Notes: generated by a model not told the origin, from the sequence alone. A DNA stretch of 64,000 nucleotides from Candidatus Bathyarchaeia archaeon (GCA_049517415.1 JBEKSC010000016.1:1-64000); one strand, 5' to 3'. Counted from the first letter of the stretch, positions 49,236-59,701 are shown. Translations and numbers: made by a program.

Positions 49236-50840
49236 TTATGGTTGGGGTTCTATTTCGCCGGGCCGCCACGTTTTGTCGAACCAGGGTTGGGTGGGCATGT
49301 GGAGCCGTAGGAGTATGTTCCAGCCTTTGCCCGGGATTGTCTGAACCCAATTGTTCTCCATGCCGGATGGGGCTGTTGGGCCGAAGTAGACGTCCACCGA
49401 ACCGTCCGAGTTGACTTGGAGTCTGGGAGTCGTGCTGCCGACTGATGGATATTCTTGGTCGGTCTGGAGCATGGAGCGGGTCTGGTTATCGTATACAACC
49501 ACCGACCAGTCCTGCTTGATTGGGATGTTTGGTGGCAGGTGTAGTTTGTAGTTCTTGCCGCCATCGAATGGATTCCCGTTCAAGTCCAGGCAGGCCCACG
49601 TCTGCGCTGAGCCTGCGCCGACCATGGCGGGTGTGACGCCGGTAGCGAGGAAGAAGTATGAGATGTAGTCATCGAGGCTGAGGACGCCTGCCTGTTCTTG
49701 GAATTGGTAGCCGCCGGGGAGCGGGATTCGCCATGCGCTGTTCGGATAGTAGTAGTCCTCTTGTCCTCCTCGGATTTTGTAGGTTATTGTTCGGGCGGTG
49801 ACGTCGCCGACCGCGGCCGCTTCCGTCAGAATCGCCTTCATGCGTTCGTCTGGAGCGAAGGGCTGCCCCTTCTGGATGCCGATGGAAGCAAAGTATCCCA
49901 ATCGCAGAGCGTCTAGGGAGCTGGTCGGCTCCTGTTGCACAATCTGGTTGAGCGTCTCCCAGGATGTGTAGTCGGCGGGAGCGACTGTGCACCAGGGCTT
50001 TCCGGACATGTTGATGAAATTCATCGGAGGCGGGTTGGCGGCCTCGGATAAGGGGTAGATGCGCGTGTACTTCTTGACCAAGTCCGTGCTGGGCTGCGGA
50101 TATTGTTTGGTTGGGACGCTGCGCCAAAACAGCCAATTGTTGTAGGTTTGCGGTTGCACGACAAAGTAGCCGCTTGGGGTCGGGCCACTATATCCCGGGG
50201 GCAGAATCAGATATTTGCCGCCATTGCCCTTATCCGCTCCAGTTAGTCCTATGTCGGCCACCCAACGATACCACATATCGTTGATTGAGCCTGCCACCGC
50301 CGGGGGCGCCTCAAATACGAGCGGCCCATTTGATAGATCAAGCCACATTCCGGTGTAGACTTCAACGGCCGCAGTGAGGAAGATTCCCATGGAGTCCATT
50401 GGTTTTTCGAGGTACGGTACCGTAGTGTTCGCCGGCCCCAGTGAAAGAGTGCCGCTCCGCATGCCTGCTTGGTTGAGGGCGGGAAGTGCGAGCAGGTAAG
50501 CTTGTACTGCGCGTTGGAAGTCTAGGTTGTCGTAGATCTTCTGAACACTCGCATTGTCAGGAAAACCGTCGAAGAAGTTTAGTGTACCAAAACGGGTGTT
50601 AACCGTGTTTGGACACTCGATGCCTGGCGGAATGGGAGTCGTCATCGTGTACTCGGAGGGCGGTGTCGATGTTATAGAAGATGAAGCTGTCGAATTTGAG
50701 GAAGAAGTCGGGGCGGAGCTGCCGAATAATTTGAAGACGCCTATGCCCGCCGCGACAGCAACTGCACCTGCGCCTGCATATTTCAGGAAACGCCGTCTGG
50801 AGGGGTTTAGATGAGACTTACTTGATTCCAAAGCACTCAA
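49236..50840 (-). CDS. Tat-exported DUF1254/DUF1214 protein
   Basis: SRRRFLKY twin-arginine signal, Ser/Thr linker, DFQRAVQAYL, GPLVFEAPP, GGKYLILPPGY, WSVVVYD, DGSVDVYFGP; start approximate. Confidence 0.9.
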   Translation of the reverse strand: MSALESSKSHLNPSRRRFLKYAGAGAVAVAAGIGVFKLFGSSAPTSSSNSTASSSITSTPPSEYTMTTPIPPGIECPNTVNTRFGTLNFFDGFPDNASVQKIYDNLDFQRAVQAYLLALPALNQAGMRSGTLSLGPANTTVPYLEKPMDSMGIFLTAAVEVYTGMWLDLSNGPLVFEAPPAVAGSINDMWYRWVADIGLTGADKGNGGKYLILPPGYSGPTPSGYFVVQPQTYNNWLFWRSVPTKQYPQPSTDLVKKYTRIYPLSEAANPPPMNFINMSGKPWCTVAPADYTSWETLNQIVQQEPTSSLDALRLGYFASIGIQKGQPFAPDERMKAILTEAAAVGDVTARTITYKIRGGQEDYYYPNSAWRIPLPGGYQFQEQAGVLSLDDYISYFFLATGVTPAMVGAGSAQTWACLDLNGNPFDGGKNYKLHLPPNIPIKQDWSVVVYDNQTRSMLQTDQEYPSVGSTTPRLQVNSDGSVDVYFGPTAPSGMENNWVQTIPGKGWNILLRLHMPTQPWFDKTWRPGEIEPQP

Positions 50841-51446
50841 CCCATCGCTACAACGATATGGCCTATCTATAACGATATGGCCTTCCGAATGCATACTAAT
50901 GTCGCCATCGCAAGTTGTTGCTCCTCTTGAGAAGACTTGGTACAGTATGCTTGCATCAATTAGCTTTCAGCCCTGACTGAGCCCTTTCTTACAACCACTT
51001 TCTCCGCTCAAACGAGAAGATTAAACGGTCTCCACTCTCCAGTCTTAGTACGCGTCGAGCATTTCTAGGAACCGTAACTTGGAACTTTCCGGTTACTTTG
51101 GAATCCCCAAGCTTCGTCATGCATGAATCACAACATCACAAACTTCAAACTTCTGGAAATGTAGAAATTCTGTAACTGAGGTTTCTGGTTCTAAGCAACA
51201 ACTCCTCACAAGTCTTCAGCAAAAATGAAATGTGGTTCTGACAAATTGCCCGCCGTCGACTTCAAGAGAAAATACGGCTTGAAATGAACGTACGCCTTAG
51301 GCAACAGAGTGCGTCAACAGAATTTTCAGGAAGCTCGCGAAAAGGAATCGTAATCAAATGGAGATAGCCGCTGGCTGCTGCAACAGTTCAATGTCATTAG
51401 AACCATAGACTCATCTACTTCGTTCCGTTAGGCGGTCCCGGCTACC

Positions 51447-52106
51447 ATGCCTCCTAACTTCGTTAGGTATGACTATCTCAGTTTTCCTCCTGACGAGCAG
51501 CTGAGACGTGCTCGTGAATTCTTCGAGCTCTGTAATCGTCGGCGTACGGCCAGAACCTTCTCACCTAGGCCCGTTTCGAGAGAACTCTTGGAGACCTTAG
51601 TCCGCACGGCTGGCACAGCTCCCTCTGGGGCAAACAAGCAGCCATGGCGGTTCGTAATCGTAACGGACGCGGGGCTGAAGCGGAAGATTCGGATTGCAGC
51701 AGAGAAGGAAGAGAAGCAAAACTACGAGCGCCGAATGTCGCAAGAATGGCTCGATGACCTTGCCGACCTCGGAACCGACTGGCATAAGGACTTCCTCGAA
51801 GTGGCGCCCGCGCTAATCGCGGTATTCTCGGTCGAATACGAGAAGGACGGAGAGCGGACACGCAAGAATTACTATGTAACGGAGTCCGTCGGTTTGGCCG
51901 TTGGAGTCCTCATAGTGGCCATTCACAACGCTGGGCTCGTTTCGTTAACGCACACACCAAGCCCCATGCACTTCCTTCAGGAGATTCTCAACCGCCCCTC
52001 CAACGAACGAGCCTTCGTACTAATCCCCGTCGGTTATCCAGCTGAGAACGTCACGGTGCCCAACATAAAGCGCAAACCAATAGACCAAATTTCCATCTGG
52101 CTTTGA
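51447..52106 (+). CDS. iodotyrosine deiodinase-like nitroreductase
   Basis: RRTARTFS, TAPSGANKQPW, AEKEE..NY, YYVTESVG, THTPSPM. Confidence 0.88.
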   Translation: MPPNFVRYDYLSFPPDEQLRRAREFFELCNRRRTARTFSPRPVSRELLETLVRTAGTAPSGANKQPWRFVIVTDAGLKRKIRIAAEKEEKQNYERRMSQEWLDDLADLGTDWHKDFLEVAPALIAVFSVEYEKDGERTRKNYYVTESVGLAVGVLIVAIHNAGLVSLTHTPSPMHFLQEILNRPSNERAFVLIPVGYPAENVTVPNIKRKPIDQISIWL

Positions 52107-52201
52107 ACGCGCCTTACGAAATCGTAAGGCACGCAAGCGCGTTTAGGCAGATCCTAGCGGCGCACTATTATATTCGAATTTGGTCAGCCGGCCTTGAGAG
52201 T

Positions 52202-53227
52202 TCAGGCGTCTTGGTAGATGAAAGCGACGCTGTCTCCCGATTGAACGGCCCAGTTGAAGTTTGGTGGCGAACCGATGTTCCAGCCCCAAAGGTACCCGTC
52301 GATGGGCATCTTGCAGGTTTCAATTACTTCCCCGTAGGCATTCTGCACGGTCGCGATCGGTGTGTCCTTCTTCAGCTTGACGCCGACGTCGACTAGGCGG
52401 TTTACGATTCCCCCTCTGTTAGCGACGCTCATGCCATAGAATGCGAAGTTTCCTGGGAAGACCTTAACGTCAGTCTGCGGCTCCGGCGTTCCCTCTATCA
52501 TTTCCAGCTTCTTCAGAACATTCATCAGTCCTCGGACCGCGGCTCTCACACTGATCCATTCCTCACCCAGAGTCAGGTCTGTGCCGGCCTCTAATTCGGG
52601 CGTGAACGCAGGCACACCGGCCGCCAGTAGAGCGTCAACGTATTCGACATCGCCTGGCTTCATGCCCGCCAAGGCGAAACTTCCCTTCGGCCGGATAACC
52701 GTGAAGCCGAAAGCTTTCGCCGCCTCTAGCGCCCTGTTCTCCACATTCTTATCTTTGCAATATTCCACGTATGAGAAGTGGAGGCAGGGTTTGACGTTCT
52801 CGTGAACGTCCATCACCAAATCCGCGCTCTTCGACGCGTTCTCCCAGATGAAGTTCGCGAGCCGAGACGTGATCGACCCGTCCTTGCTGCCGGGGTAAGC
52901 GACGTACATGTTGACGTAGTCATGCGGGCTAACGTATTCTCCCCACTGCATTCCTAGGGGGTTGGAGATGGGAAATGCGACGATGCTTCCCTTCAACTTC
53001 GCCGGATCAACCTTCCTAGTTAAGATTTGAATCGCCGCGTAACCCACGAGCTCGGTGGGATGCGTAGCGCAATTGATTACAACCTTCGGCCCTTCTCCAC
53101 GTCCGTTGACTAGAATCACGGGAAGATTAACTCTAGACCCGTCTTTTAGTTCAACCCATGTAGCGGGCCCATGATTTTTCTGGCCTGGTTCGGCTGAAAC
53201 GTCGCCAACTTTCAAAACTTGTTTCAA
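52202..53227 (-). CDS. succinylglutamate desuccinylase/aspartoacylase (M14) family protein
   Basis: THPTE, YPGSKDGSITSRLA, DVHE, PELE, C-terminal barrel-sandwich-like region. Confidence 0.85.
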   Translation of the reverse strand: MKQVLKVGDVSAEPGQKNHGPATWVELKDGSRVNLPVILVNGRGEGPKVVINCATHPTELVGYAAIQILTRKVDPAKLKGSIVAFPISNPLGMQWGEYVSPHDYVNMYVAYPGSKDGSITSRLANFIWENASKSADLVMDVHENVKPCLHFSYVEYCKDKNVENRALEAAKAFGFTVIRPKGSFALAGMKPGDVEYVDALLAAGVPAFTPELEAGTDLTLGEEWISVRAAVRGLMNVLKKLEMIEGTPEPQTDVKVFPGNFAFYGMSVANRGGIVNRLVDVGVKLKKDTPIATVQNAYGEVIETCKMPIDGYLWGWNIGSPPNFNWAVQSGDSVAFIYQDA

Positions 53228-53533
53228 GAGAAGTCCTAGCAGGTAGCCTACGGTTGCGAAATTTAAGCGCTCACCTTTGTTCTCAGAATCAGAGAGCTGT
53301 GAAAGGCAGCATCAATCGTGGCGGGCGAAAACGTCTTGAGTCACACTCTCTCGATTAGTGCGACTGCATTTTGGATAGCGATTACACCGGGGGGTATAGC
53401 CACTCCCTCACTTTTCCCCAACGATTTGTCTTCAAAAGGCGGCTAAGAACGTGGATGGTAACGCAAAAATTAGGGGGTTGAGTTTCGTGGTGGGTTTGTT
53501 TCGCTGAAGGAAGTCAGAACAAGATTTTGAGGT

Positions 53534-54715
53534 TTGGGAAGAGGAGTGAGGCCGTACGTTGGGACTCTCATCGTGTCAGCAGGCCTCTTCTCCATAGGTT
53601 ACAGCATTTTGATTTTCACGATACCCCTCTTCGCGGTGACTCTTGGTTCGTCACAATCGGGATTGGGGTTCATCGCCCTTGTCTACAATCTCCCATCTCT
53701 CTTCGTGCCATTTGTTGTTGGTAGATTCCTCAACAAAGCCAAAGCGATAAGGGTCATCCAGCTCGCTGTGTTGGGTTACGCGCTTCCCACATTGGTATTT
53801 CCGTACGGCTCCAATTTTCTTCAGCTCGCGGGCATAAGGGCGGTTCAAGGGTTCGCGGGGATTGCATTCTGGGTTTCAATGGAAAAGGGTCTGGCCGACC
53901 TAGCACCGCATGAAGCTAGGGGCCGAGTTATGGGATTCTACAACGTTTCTTGGGCTTCGGCGTTTGTTATCGGCCCACTTCTCGGCGGATTCCTTGTAGA
54001 CGAGTTCAGCTACGGAACAACGTTTGTGGTCGCCTTCCTAACGCAAGCAGCAGCCCTGCTCCTCCTCGTTCTTCTAAGGCCGCGTGAATCTCTTGGCAAA
54101 GCTTCAACCCGAACACGGGACCTAAGAAGCGAAGATAACGTTACTCCGCGTCGATGGGAATCTGGAAACATTTCGGCCGCTTGCCTGACGGCTTTTGTGA
54201 GCGGCGGGGCGTTAGGCGTTCTCTTTTCGCTGTTTCCGGCTTACGCAACATTTCTTGGCTTTTCAGCAATTTCGGCTGGGTTCCTCGTCCTGCTCTTCAG
54301 CGCGTCCAGGGTGGCAACGTTTCTTGGAGTCGGCCCCGTTACAGAGAGGATTGGCGAACGCAAATTCATGCTCATGGGATTGCTACTGTCAATCTCCGCG
54401 GTAGGTTTGGGGTTAACGGGGAGGGCTGAGTTGCTTGGTGTTACAATGCTTGTTCTCGGGGTTGGTGCAGGTATGTCTTACACTTCTGGCTTAACCCTCG
54501 TGTCGCATTCGCCCCGGGCGAGCAGGGGTTCGGCAATTGGGAAGTATGAACTATCTCTTAGCTTGGGGATCGCGGTTATGTCTCAGGTGGGAGGTCTCAG
54601 TGCAGATTGCTTCGGCCTTTGGACTCCGTATGTTATTATGGGCCTTGTGGCTCTTTTCGGGTCGGCCGGGCTTGTGATTCTTTATCGGACGCAGACGAAG
54701 CGAGCCCGATCTTGA
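53534..54715 (+). CDS. MFS transporter
   Basis: About 12 TM segments, RGRVMG, GPLLGG. Confidence 0.9.
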   Translation: MGRGVRPYVGTLIVSAGLFSIGYSILIFTIPLFAVTLGSSQSGLGFIALVYNLPSLFVPFVVGRFLNKAKAIRVIQLAVLGYALPTLVFPYGSNFLQLAGIRAVQGFAGIAFWVSMEKGLADLAPHEARGRVMGFYNVSWASAFVIGPLLGGFLVDEFSYGTTFVVAFLTQAAALLLLVLLRPRESLGKASTRTRDLRSEDNVTPRRWESGNISAACLTAFVSGGALGVLFSLFPAYATFLGFSAISAGFLVLLFSASRVATFLGVGPVTERIGERKFMLMGLLLSISAVGLGLTGRAELLGVTMLVLGVGAGMSYTSGLTLVSHSPRASRGSAIGKYELSLSLGIAVMSQVGGLSADCFGLWTPYVIMGLVALFGSAGLVILYRTQTKRARS

Positions 54716-54729
54716 TTCTTTCCTAGCGT

Positions 54730-55644
54730 TTACTTTCCATGTCTCTTCATGAGTTCATGCGCAAACTCGTCGACTAGGCTGTCGATGAATTTCATGAAAT
54801 CCTCCTCGGAAACCATGGCCGTGTCAAGCTTTGTGTCGATTTTCTTCTTTGCCTCGATCAAGAACTGGTCCGGTTTCAATGCGGTCGTTGTGGAGTAGAG
54901 TCCCGTCATTTTGCTGACGGCGTCGAGGAGGCGTATTGCACCATAGTGTCGTGGTTCACCTGTAATTCCGCGGGCTGCCGTTACTAGGAAAAGTGCGTAT
55001 TCAAAGAGGAATTGGTCTGGCGTGTTAGGGGTCTTCGGCGGAGTGTTGTGAACCGAGCTTTTCCTGTCTCCATATTTGTCATAGTACGTGATTTTACCCT
55101 CGGGAGACTTTCTTACTGGCGGAGGTTCGTCTGGGGCGGGGTACCCTAATGAAACTATCAGTTCGGTACGGCACCCTTCTGGCAGGCCCAAAATGGCCTT
55201 GACTGCGGATTCCGCGTAGGATTTTATGAACGAGGCGCCCAAGCCGAGGGCGTAGGCAGCTAAGACTATGTTCTCGGCCGCGGCTCCAGCGTCGTACAAT
55301 GAGGTATGATCCGCGTCACCCTTAGAAATTCCCTCGCCGACACGGAGGTCGGTGCACACGACGATCGCGGCAGTGCTATCACCGAAGTAACCTGGCGACA
55401 CGGCTTTCAGCATTTTCAACTGTTCAGGATCCTTGACTACGATGACAAATCTATAAGGGGTATTGCCTCCAGTCGGAGCTCTGTGCGCCGCGTATACCAC
55501 TTTGTCCAAGACCTCTGCTGGAATCGGTTTGGGCACGAAGATTCTGCAGGCTCGCCTTCTCTTCAGGACTTCAAATAAGTCGGTGGATGTTGACAAGGCT
55601 TCAGTTCCTAATCTATGGTTTGCGGGATAATTCAGTAATTCCAT
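54730..55644 (-). CDS. nitroreductase fused to a DUF6092-like domain
   Basis: RRACRIF, APTGGN, AYALGLGA, LGYP; C-terminal LVTAARG...EPRHYGAIRLLDA; start may lie slightly downstream. Confidence 0.8.
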   Translation of the reverse strand: MELLNYPANHRLGTEALSTSTDLFEVLKRRRACRIFVPKPIPAEVLDKVVYAAHRAPTGGNTPYRFVIVVKDPEQLKMLKAVSPGYFGDSTAAIVVCTDLRVGEGISKGDADHTSLYDAGAAAENIVLAAYALGLGASFIKSYAESAVKAILGLPEGCRTELIVSLGYPAPDEPPPVRKSPEGKITYYDKYGDRKSSVHNTPPKTPNTPDQFLFEYALFLVTAARGITGEPRHYGAIRLLDAVSKMTGLYSTTTALKPDQFLIEAKKKIDTKLDTAMVSEEDFMKFIDSLVDEFAHELMKRHGK

Positions 55645-55731
55645 CTTCTACCTCAAAATCGTTTCGCGGTTCTGGCCCGAAGGATTATTAGCGGTCTCAA
55701 CGGTGCAGCTATTGAAAGTGATTAGGTCTCT

Positions 55732-56778
55732 TTGCCTGAGTATTATGAGTACGAAATGGGAGAAACGGCTCACAAAATAGCGTCGGAGCTATTCAAACTA
55801 AAGGCCGGCGAAACATTAGTCATAACCGCGGACACGGAATCCGACCGCAGGGCCGTGGACGCGTTAGCGACCGCAGCATTCACCGTAGGCGCTAAACCTA
55901 TGGTGGTATGGATTCCTTCGCCTTTGGGCGTTGGCAAGGCAGCCGATCCCATGCTGCCCGTTGAACCCTTAACAGCCGCGTTGAAGGCAACTGACGCATG
56001 GGCCGAGTTCAACAACAAGTATCTTCTCTACTCAACTCCGTTTGAAACCGCTCAAAGGGAAAACAAGCGGTTAAGGTACATGAACCTTAGCGGCATGAAT
56101 GTTGACATGCTCGTAAGAACGATTGGTAGAGTGAATATGCGGGCCCTTGGAGACTTTCAAGGCAAGCTCACAGCCATGCTAAGAGTCGCTAAGAAGATCA
56201 GGCTCACATCCCCCGCTGGGGAGGATGTGGAAATGGAATTTGACCCTAAGGCGCCAGTAGTAAACGATGTCGGCTATGCAGACACACCGGGCCCCCACTT
56301 CTTGAGTGGTCAGCTGACTGCAGGTTACTCAAGTTCTGTGAACGGGGTAATCGTTTTTGATGGTTCAGTGGTTCCGCCGGTTGGCCTTGTGAAGAGCCCT
56401 GTCAAGTTGCACATTGCTAATGGAAGGGTGGAGAAAATTGAGGGTGAAAGCGAAGCTTTAGCGTTCGAGGCATGGTTGAAAGCCTTTAACGACCCCAACA
56501 TGTTTCGAGTAGCCCATCTTTCCTTCGGACTAAACCCAGGGGCCAATCTGACGGGGAACATTGTTGAGGACGAGAGGGTTTGGGGCAGCACCGAATGGGG
56601 CTTAGGCTATGTCGGGCCCGACCTTACGAGGGATGGGAAGCCTATTCCAGCAGCTTCACATACAGACGGAACTTGCCTTAACACCTCAGTCTGGCTTGAC
56701 GGTGTACCAATCTTCGAGAAGGGTAAGGTAGTACAGAAGGAACTTGCTGAATTAGCCAAGAAGCTAGGAAAAGAGTGA
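55732..56778 (+). CDS. M29-like leucyl aminopeptidase family protein
   Basis: GETLVITAD, NGVIVFDGS, HLSFGLNP, EDERVWG, SHTDG. Confidence 0.85.
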   Translation: MPEYYEYEMGETAHKIASELFKLKAGETLVITADTESDRRAVDALATAAFTVGAKPMVVWIPSPLGVGKAADPMLPVEPLTAALKATDAWAEFNNKYLLYSTPFETAQRENKRLRYMNLSGMNVDMLVRTIGRVNMRALGDFQGKLTAMLRVAKKIRLTSPAGEDVEMEFDPKAPVVNDVGYADTPGPHFLSGQLTAGYSSSVNGVIVFDGSVVPPVGLVKSPVKLHIANGRVEKIEGESEALAFEAWLKAFNDPNMFRVAHLSFGLNPGANLTGNIVEDERVWGSTEWGLGYVGPDLTRDGKPIPAASHTDGTCLNTSVWLDGVPIFEKGKVVQKELAELAKKLGKE

Positions 56779-56791
56779 GCGCGGTTTCCGC

Positions 56792-57574
56792 TCACTTATT
56801 CCGAAGATAGTACTTGAAGAGTTCCCTAGGTTTCGGATACGCCTTCTTGCTATGCCTCAATCCCAACCTGACAAGAACTTCAGCCATGATGACCGTACAT
56901 CCATGCGAGTCTACAATTGGCACGTCTGGGAGTTTCTTCTGGATGTACTCGTTTACTTTAGCGCCGCCATATGATATGATGACATCCGCCCCGTCGTCTT
57001 TGACCGCTGCAACTGCTTCGTTCAGGACCGCATTTCTGAGTTGTTCAATGTCGTGTTCTGATACGAGGCTTTCGTTGAAGGCTGGTGGGGGAAGGTCGAT
57101 TGCGCGGATAGATGCTAATTTCTGTTCTAACCCATAATGCTTGACGATATCTAACAATGCGGTCCGGCCCATTCCTCCGGCCTCTTTGCCTTTGCCGCCT
57201 CCCAGTGCAATTATGATTGAGAATTTGTTTCCGAGGATGGAAGCTATGGCCATCGAAGCTGCGGGTGAACTTACGACTGGTATATCGCAGACTTCCTTCG
57301 TTGCGTTAGCGCCAGGTTCGTTGTAGCAGTATATTGTGACTGCGTCAAATCCTTCTTGCTGTGCTTCCAGCGCCATCCGCGCGTTCACAACACCCGCTAG
57401 GTCAGCCTCGTAGTCGCCCTCTACCATTCGAACTGGCATATCTGGCGCCATCCTGTGCAATACTTCCACCTGAACGCTTTCCGAGACCTCCGTTGTTTCC
57501 CGAGCAGGCTCAGGGGAACCGGGCCGTCTTGGGATATCGATAGTTTCAGGGGAGAAGATTCTGATTTTTCTCAT
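56792..57574 (-). CDS. Asp/Glu/hydantoin racemase family protein lacking the second catalytic Cys
   Basis: GFDAVTIYCYNEPG, DGADVIISYGG, LRHSKKAYP; likely start ATG 57574. Confidence 0.82.
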   Translation of the reverse strand: MRKIRIFSPETIDIPRRPGSPEPARETTEVSESVQVEVLHRMAPDMPVRMVEGDYEADLAGVVNARMALEAQQEGFDAVTIYCYNEPGANATKEVCDIPVVSSPAASMAIASILGNKFSIIIALGGGKGKEAGGMGRTALLDIVKHYGLEQKLASIRAIDLPPPAFNESLVSEHDIEQLRNAVLNEAVAAVKDDGADVIISYGGAKVNEYIQKKLPDVPIVDSHGCTVIMAEVLVRLGLRHSKKAYPKPRELFKYYLRNK

Positions 57575-57725
57575 AAAACTCACTGGAAAGAATCTAGCAA
57601 TCGTATTGATAACTATAGTCATGCAGGTTTCGGTGATGTGGAACATTCAGCTAAACTATTATTCTTCTATCCTGCATGTCGGCGCTCTTAGTTTTCGACC
57701 GCCCTTCGCCATTTGAGGCATCGTG

Positions 57726-58715
57726 TTAGGGCTTGTAGAGGTGGCAGGCCACTTTTCGTGTGGCACTTAGTGTTGTGAGGTTGGGTTCTACGTCGCGACA
57801 TATGTCGCCTATGTATTTTTGGCAGCGGGTGTGAAATCTGCATCCGGTTGGCGGGCTTGCTGGGCTTGGTATGTTCCCTCGGAGGATGATGCGGGCCTTA
57901 TCGGTTGGGGCTGGGTCAACTTTCGGTACCGCGGATAGCAAGGCCTCGGTGTAAGGGTGGGCGGGGTCTTGGAAGATCTCCGAGAAGGTTCCGACCTCGG
58001 CAATTTTGCCAAGGTACATGACCGCCACCCGGTCCGCAATATATTCGACGACACCGAGGTCGTGTGTTATGAGGAGGTAGGTTAAGCCAAGCCTTTTCTG
58101 CAAATCCTCTAGGAGGTTCAGGATTTGAGCTTGCACCGAAACGTCTAGGGACGATGTTGGCTCATCCAGAATCACAAGCTTAGGGCTTAGGGCTAGGGCT
58201 CTGGCTATGCATACTCTTTGAGCTTGGCCTCCGCTCAGTTCGATCGAGTACTTCCACAGATGCTCGTCAGATAGTCCAACTAATTTCAGCAGCTCTGAAG
58301 CGCGCTGTGTGATCTCCGCTTCACTCATCTTCGTGTGAGCCGTGAGTGGCTCCGCAATTTGGTTTCTTACGATCATTCGTGGGTTCAAAGAGAGGAAGGG
58401 GTTCTGAAATACAACTTGCATGTCCTTGCGCAGGTGCTTGAGGCTGCCTTTCCCGATCTTTAGCAAATCCACGCCGTCGAAGAGTATGTGGCCTGAGTTG
58501 GGTTCAACAAGCCGGAGAAGTGCGCGCGCCAGAGTAGTCTTTCCGGAGCCGGATTCGCCGACTAGCCCAAAGACTTCGCCCTTGTCAATGTTCAGGGTTA
58601 CGTCGTCGACTGCTTTCACATATCCGGCTACTCGGGGTATGAGGCCGCCTCGTATAGGAAAGTAGACTTTGAGGTTCTGTATGTCAACGAGCGTATCTGT
58701 CATGTTCGCCACCAT
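57726..58715 (-). CDS. oppF: oligopeptide/dipeptide ABC transporter ATPase
   Basis: GESGSGKT, LSGGQ, LDEPTS, HPYT, GCRFHTRC. Confidence 0.93.
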   Translation of the reverse strand: MVANMTDTLVDIQNLKVYFPIRGGLIPRVAGYVKAVDDVTLNIDKGEVFGLVGESGSGKTTLARALLRLVEPNSGHILFDGVDLLKIGKGSLKHLRKDMQVVFQNPFLSLNPRMIVRNQIAEPLTAHTKMSEAEITQRASELLKLVGLSDEHLWKYSIELSGGQAQRVCIARALALSPKLVILDEPTSSLDVSVQAQILNLLEDLQKRLGLTYLLITHDLGVVEYIADRVAVMYLGKIAEVGTFSEIFQDPAHPYTEALLSAVPKVDPAPTDKARIILRGNIPSPASPPTGCRFHTRCQKYIGDICRDVEPNLTTLSATRKVACHLYKP

Positions 58716-59674
58716 GGCTCTGTCGGAATATTGTAGCAGGCAACGTAGTGGTCTGGTTCAACTTCTACCAGTTCGGGGCGTTTGTCTCTGCAGGCCGGAA
58801 TTACGTATGGGCAGCGGGGGTTGAATCTGCAACCGGAGGGGGGTTTGAATAAGCTCGGAACCATTCCGGCTATGTAGTGTAGGGTTTGCCCTCTCAAACG
58901 GCCCGTAACGACGGAGGACAATAGGCCGCGGGTGTAGGGGTGTTGTGGGTTCTGGAAGATGCGTTGAACGTCGGCGAGTTCTACGATAGAGCCTGCGTAC
59001 ATTATTGCCACCCTATCGCAAAGCTCACGAACAAGCCCCAAGTTATGAGTGATCAGGAGAACCGAAAGGCCGAGCGCGTCCTTCAACCTCTTGAGGAGAG
59101 CAAGAACTTGGGCTTGTATTGTAACGTCTAATGCGGTTGTAGGTTCGTCCGCAATTACTAGGCTGGGTGAACTGGAAAGGGCTACTGCCATGATTACTCG
59201 CTGCTGCATCCCGCCGCTTAACTCGTGGGGGTAGAGGCTCATTATGGACTCGGCGTCCGGAAGCTCCGTCATAGCGAGTTTCTCTTGAGCAATCTTGGTC
59301 AGTTTTTTTTCGTCGTCGTTTGGGTAGTAAATCTTGAGAACGTCTATGAGTTGAGCACCTATCTTGAAGACCGGGTTGAGGGAGGATGCCGGGTCTTGGA
59401 ATATCATTGAGATTCTGCGGCCGCGGATTTTTGCTACCTCATCTAGCCTTTCAGCGAGTAGGTCGTGTCCTTCGAAGAGTATGCGGCCACTGAGTACCTC
59501 AGCGTTCTCGGGGAGCAGGCGTAACATAGCTAGGCTAGTTGCTGTCTTTCCGCAGCCAGTTTCCCCGACTAACCCTAGCACTTCGCCTTTTCTTACTTTG
59601 AATCCGACACCGTTGAGTGCGTACACAGTTCCGTCAACGGTGTGGAAGTTAACGACCAAATCCTCTACGGACAA
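58700..59674 (-). CDS. oppD: oligopeptide/dipeptide ABC transporter ATPase
   Basis: GETGCGKT, YPHELSGGMQQR, ADEPTTALDV. Confidence 0.93.
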   Translation of the reverse strand: MSVEDLVVNFHTVDGTVYALNGVGFKVRKGEVLGLVGETGCGKTATSLAMLRLLPENAEVLSGRILFEGHDLLAERLDEVAKIRGRRISMIFQDPASSLNPVFKIGAQLIDVLKIYYPNDDEKKLTKIAQEKLAMTELPDAESIMSLYPHELSGGMQQRVIMAVALSSSPSLVIADEPTTALDVTIQAQVLALLKRLKDALGLSVLLITHNLGLVRELCDRVAIMYAGSIVELADVQRIFQNPQHPYTRGLLSSVVTGRLRGQTLHYIAGMVPSLFKPPSGCRFNPRCPYVIPACRDKRPELVEVEPDHYVACYNIPTEPWWRT

Positions 59675-59701
59675 AAGGGTCTCGTTAGAATATGTTGGGA
59701 A

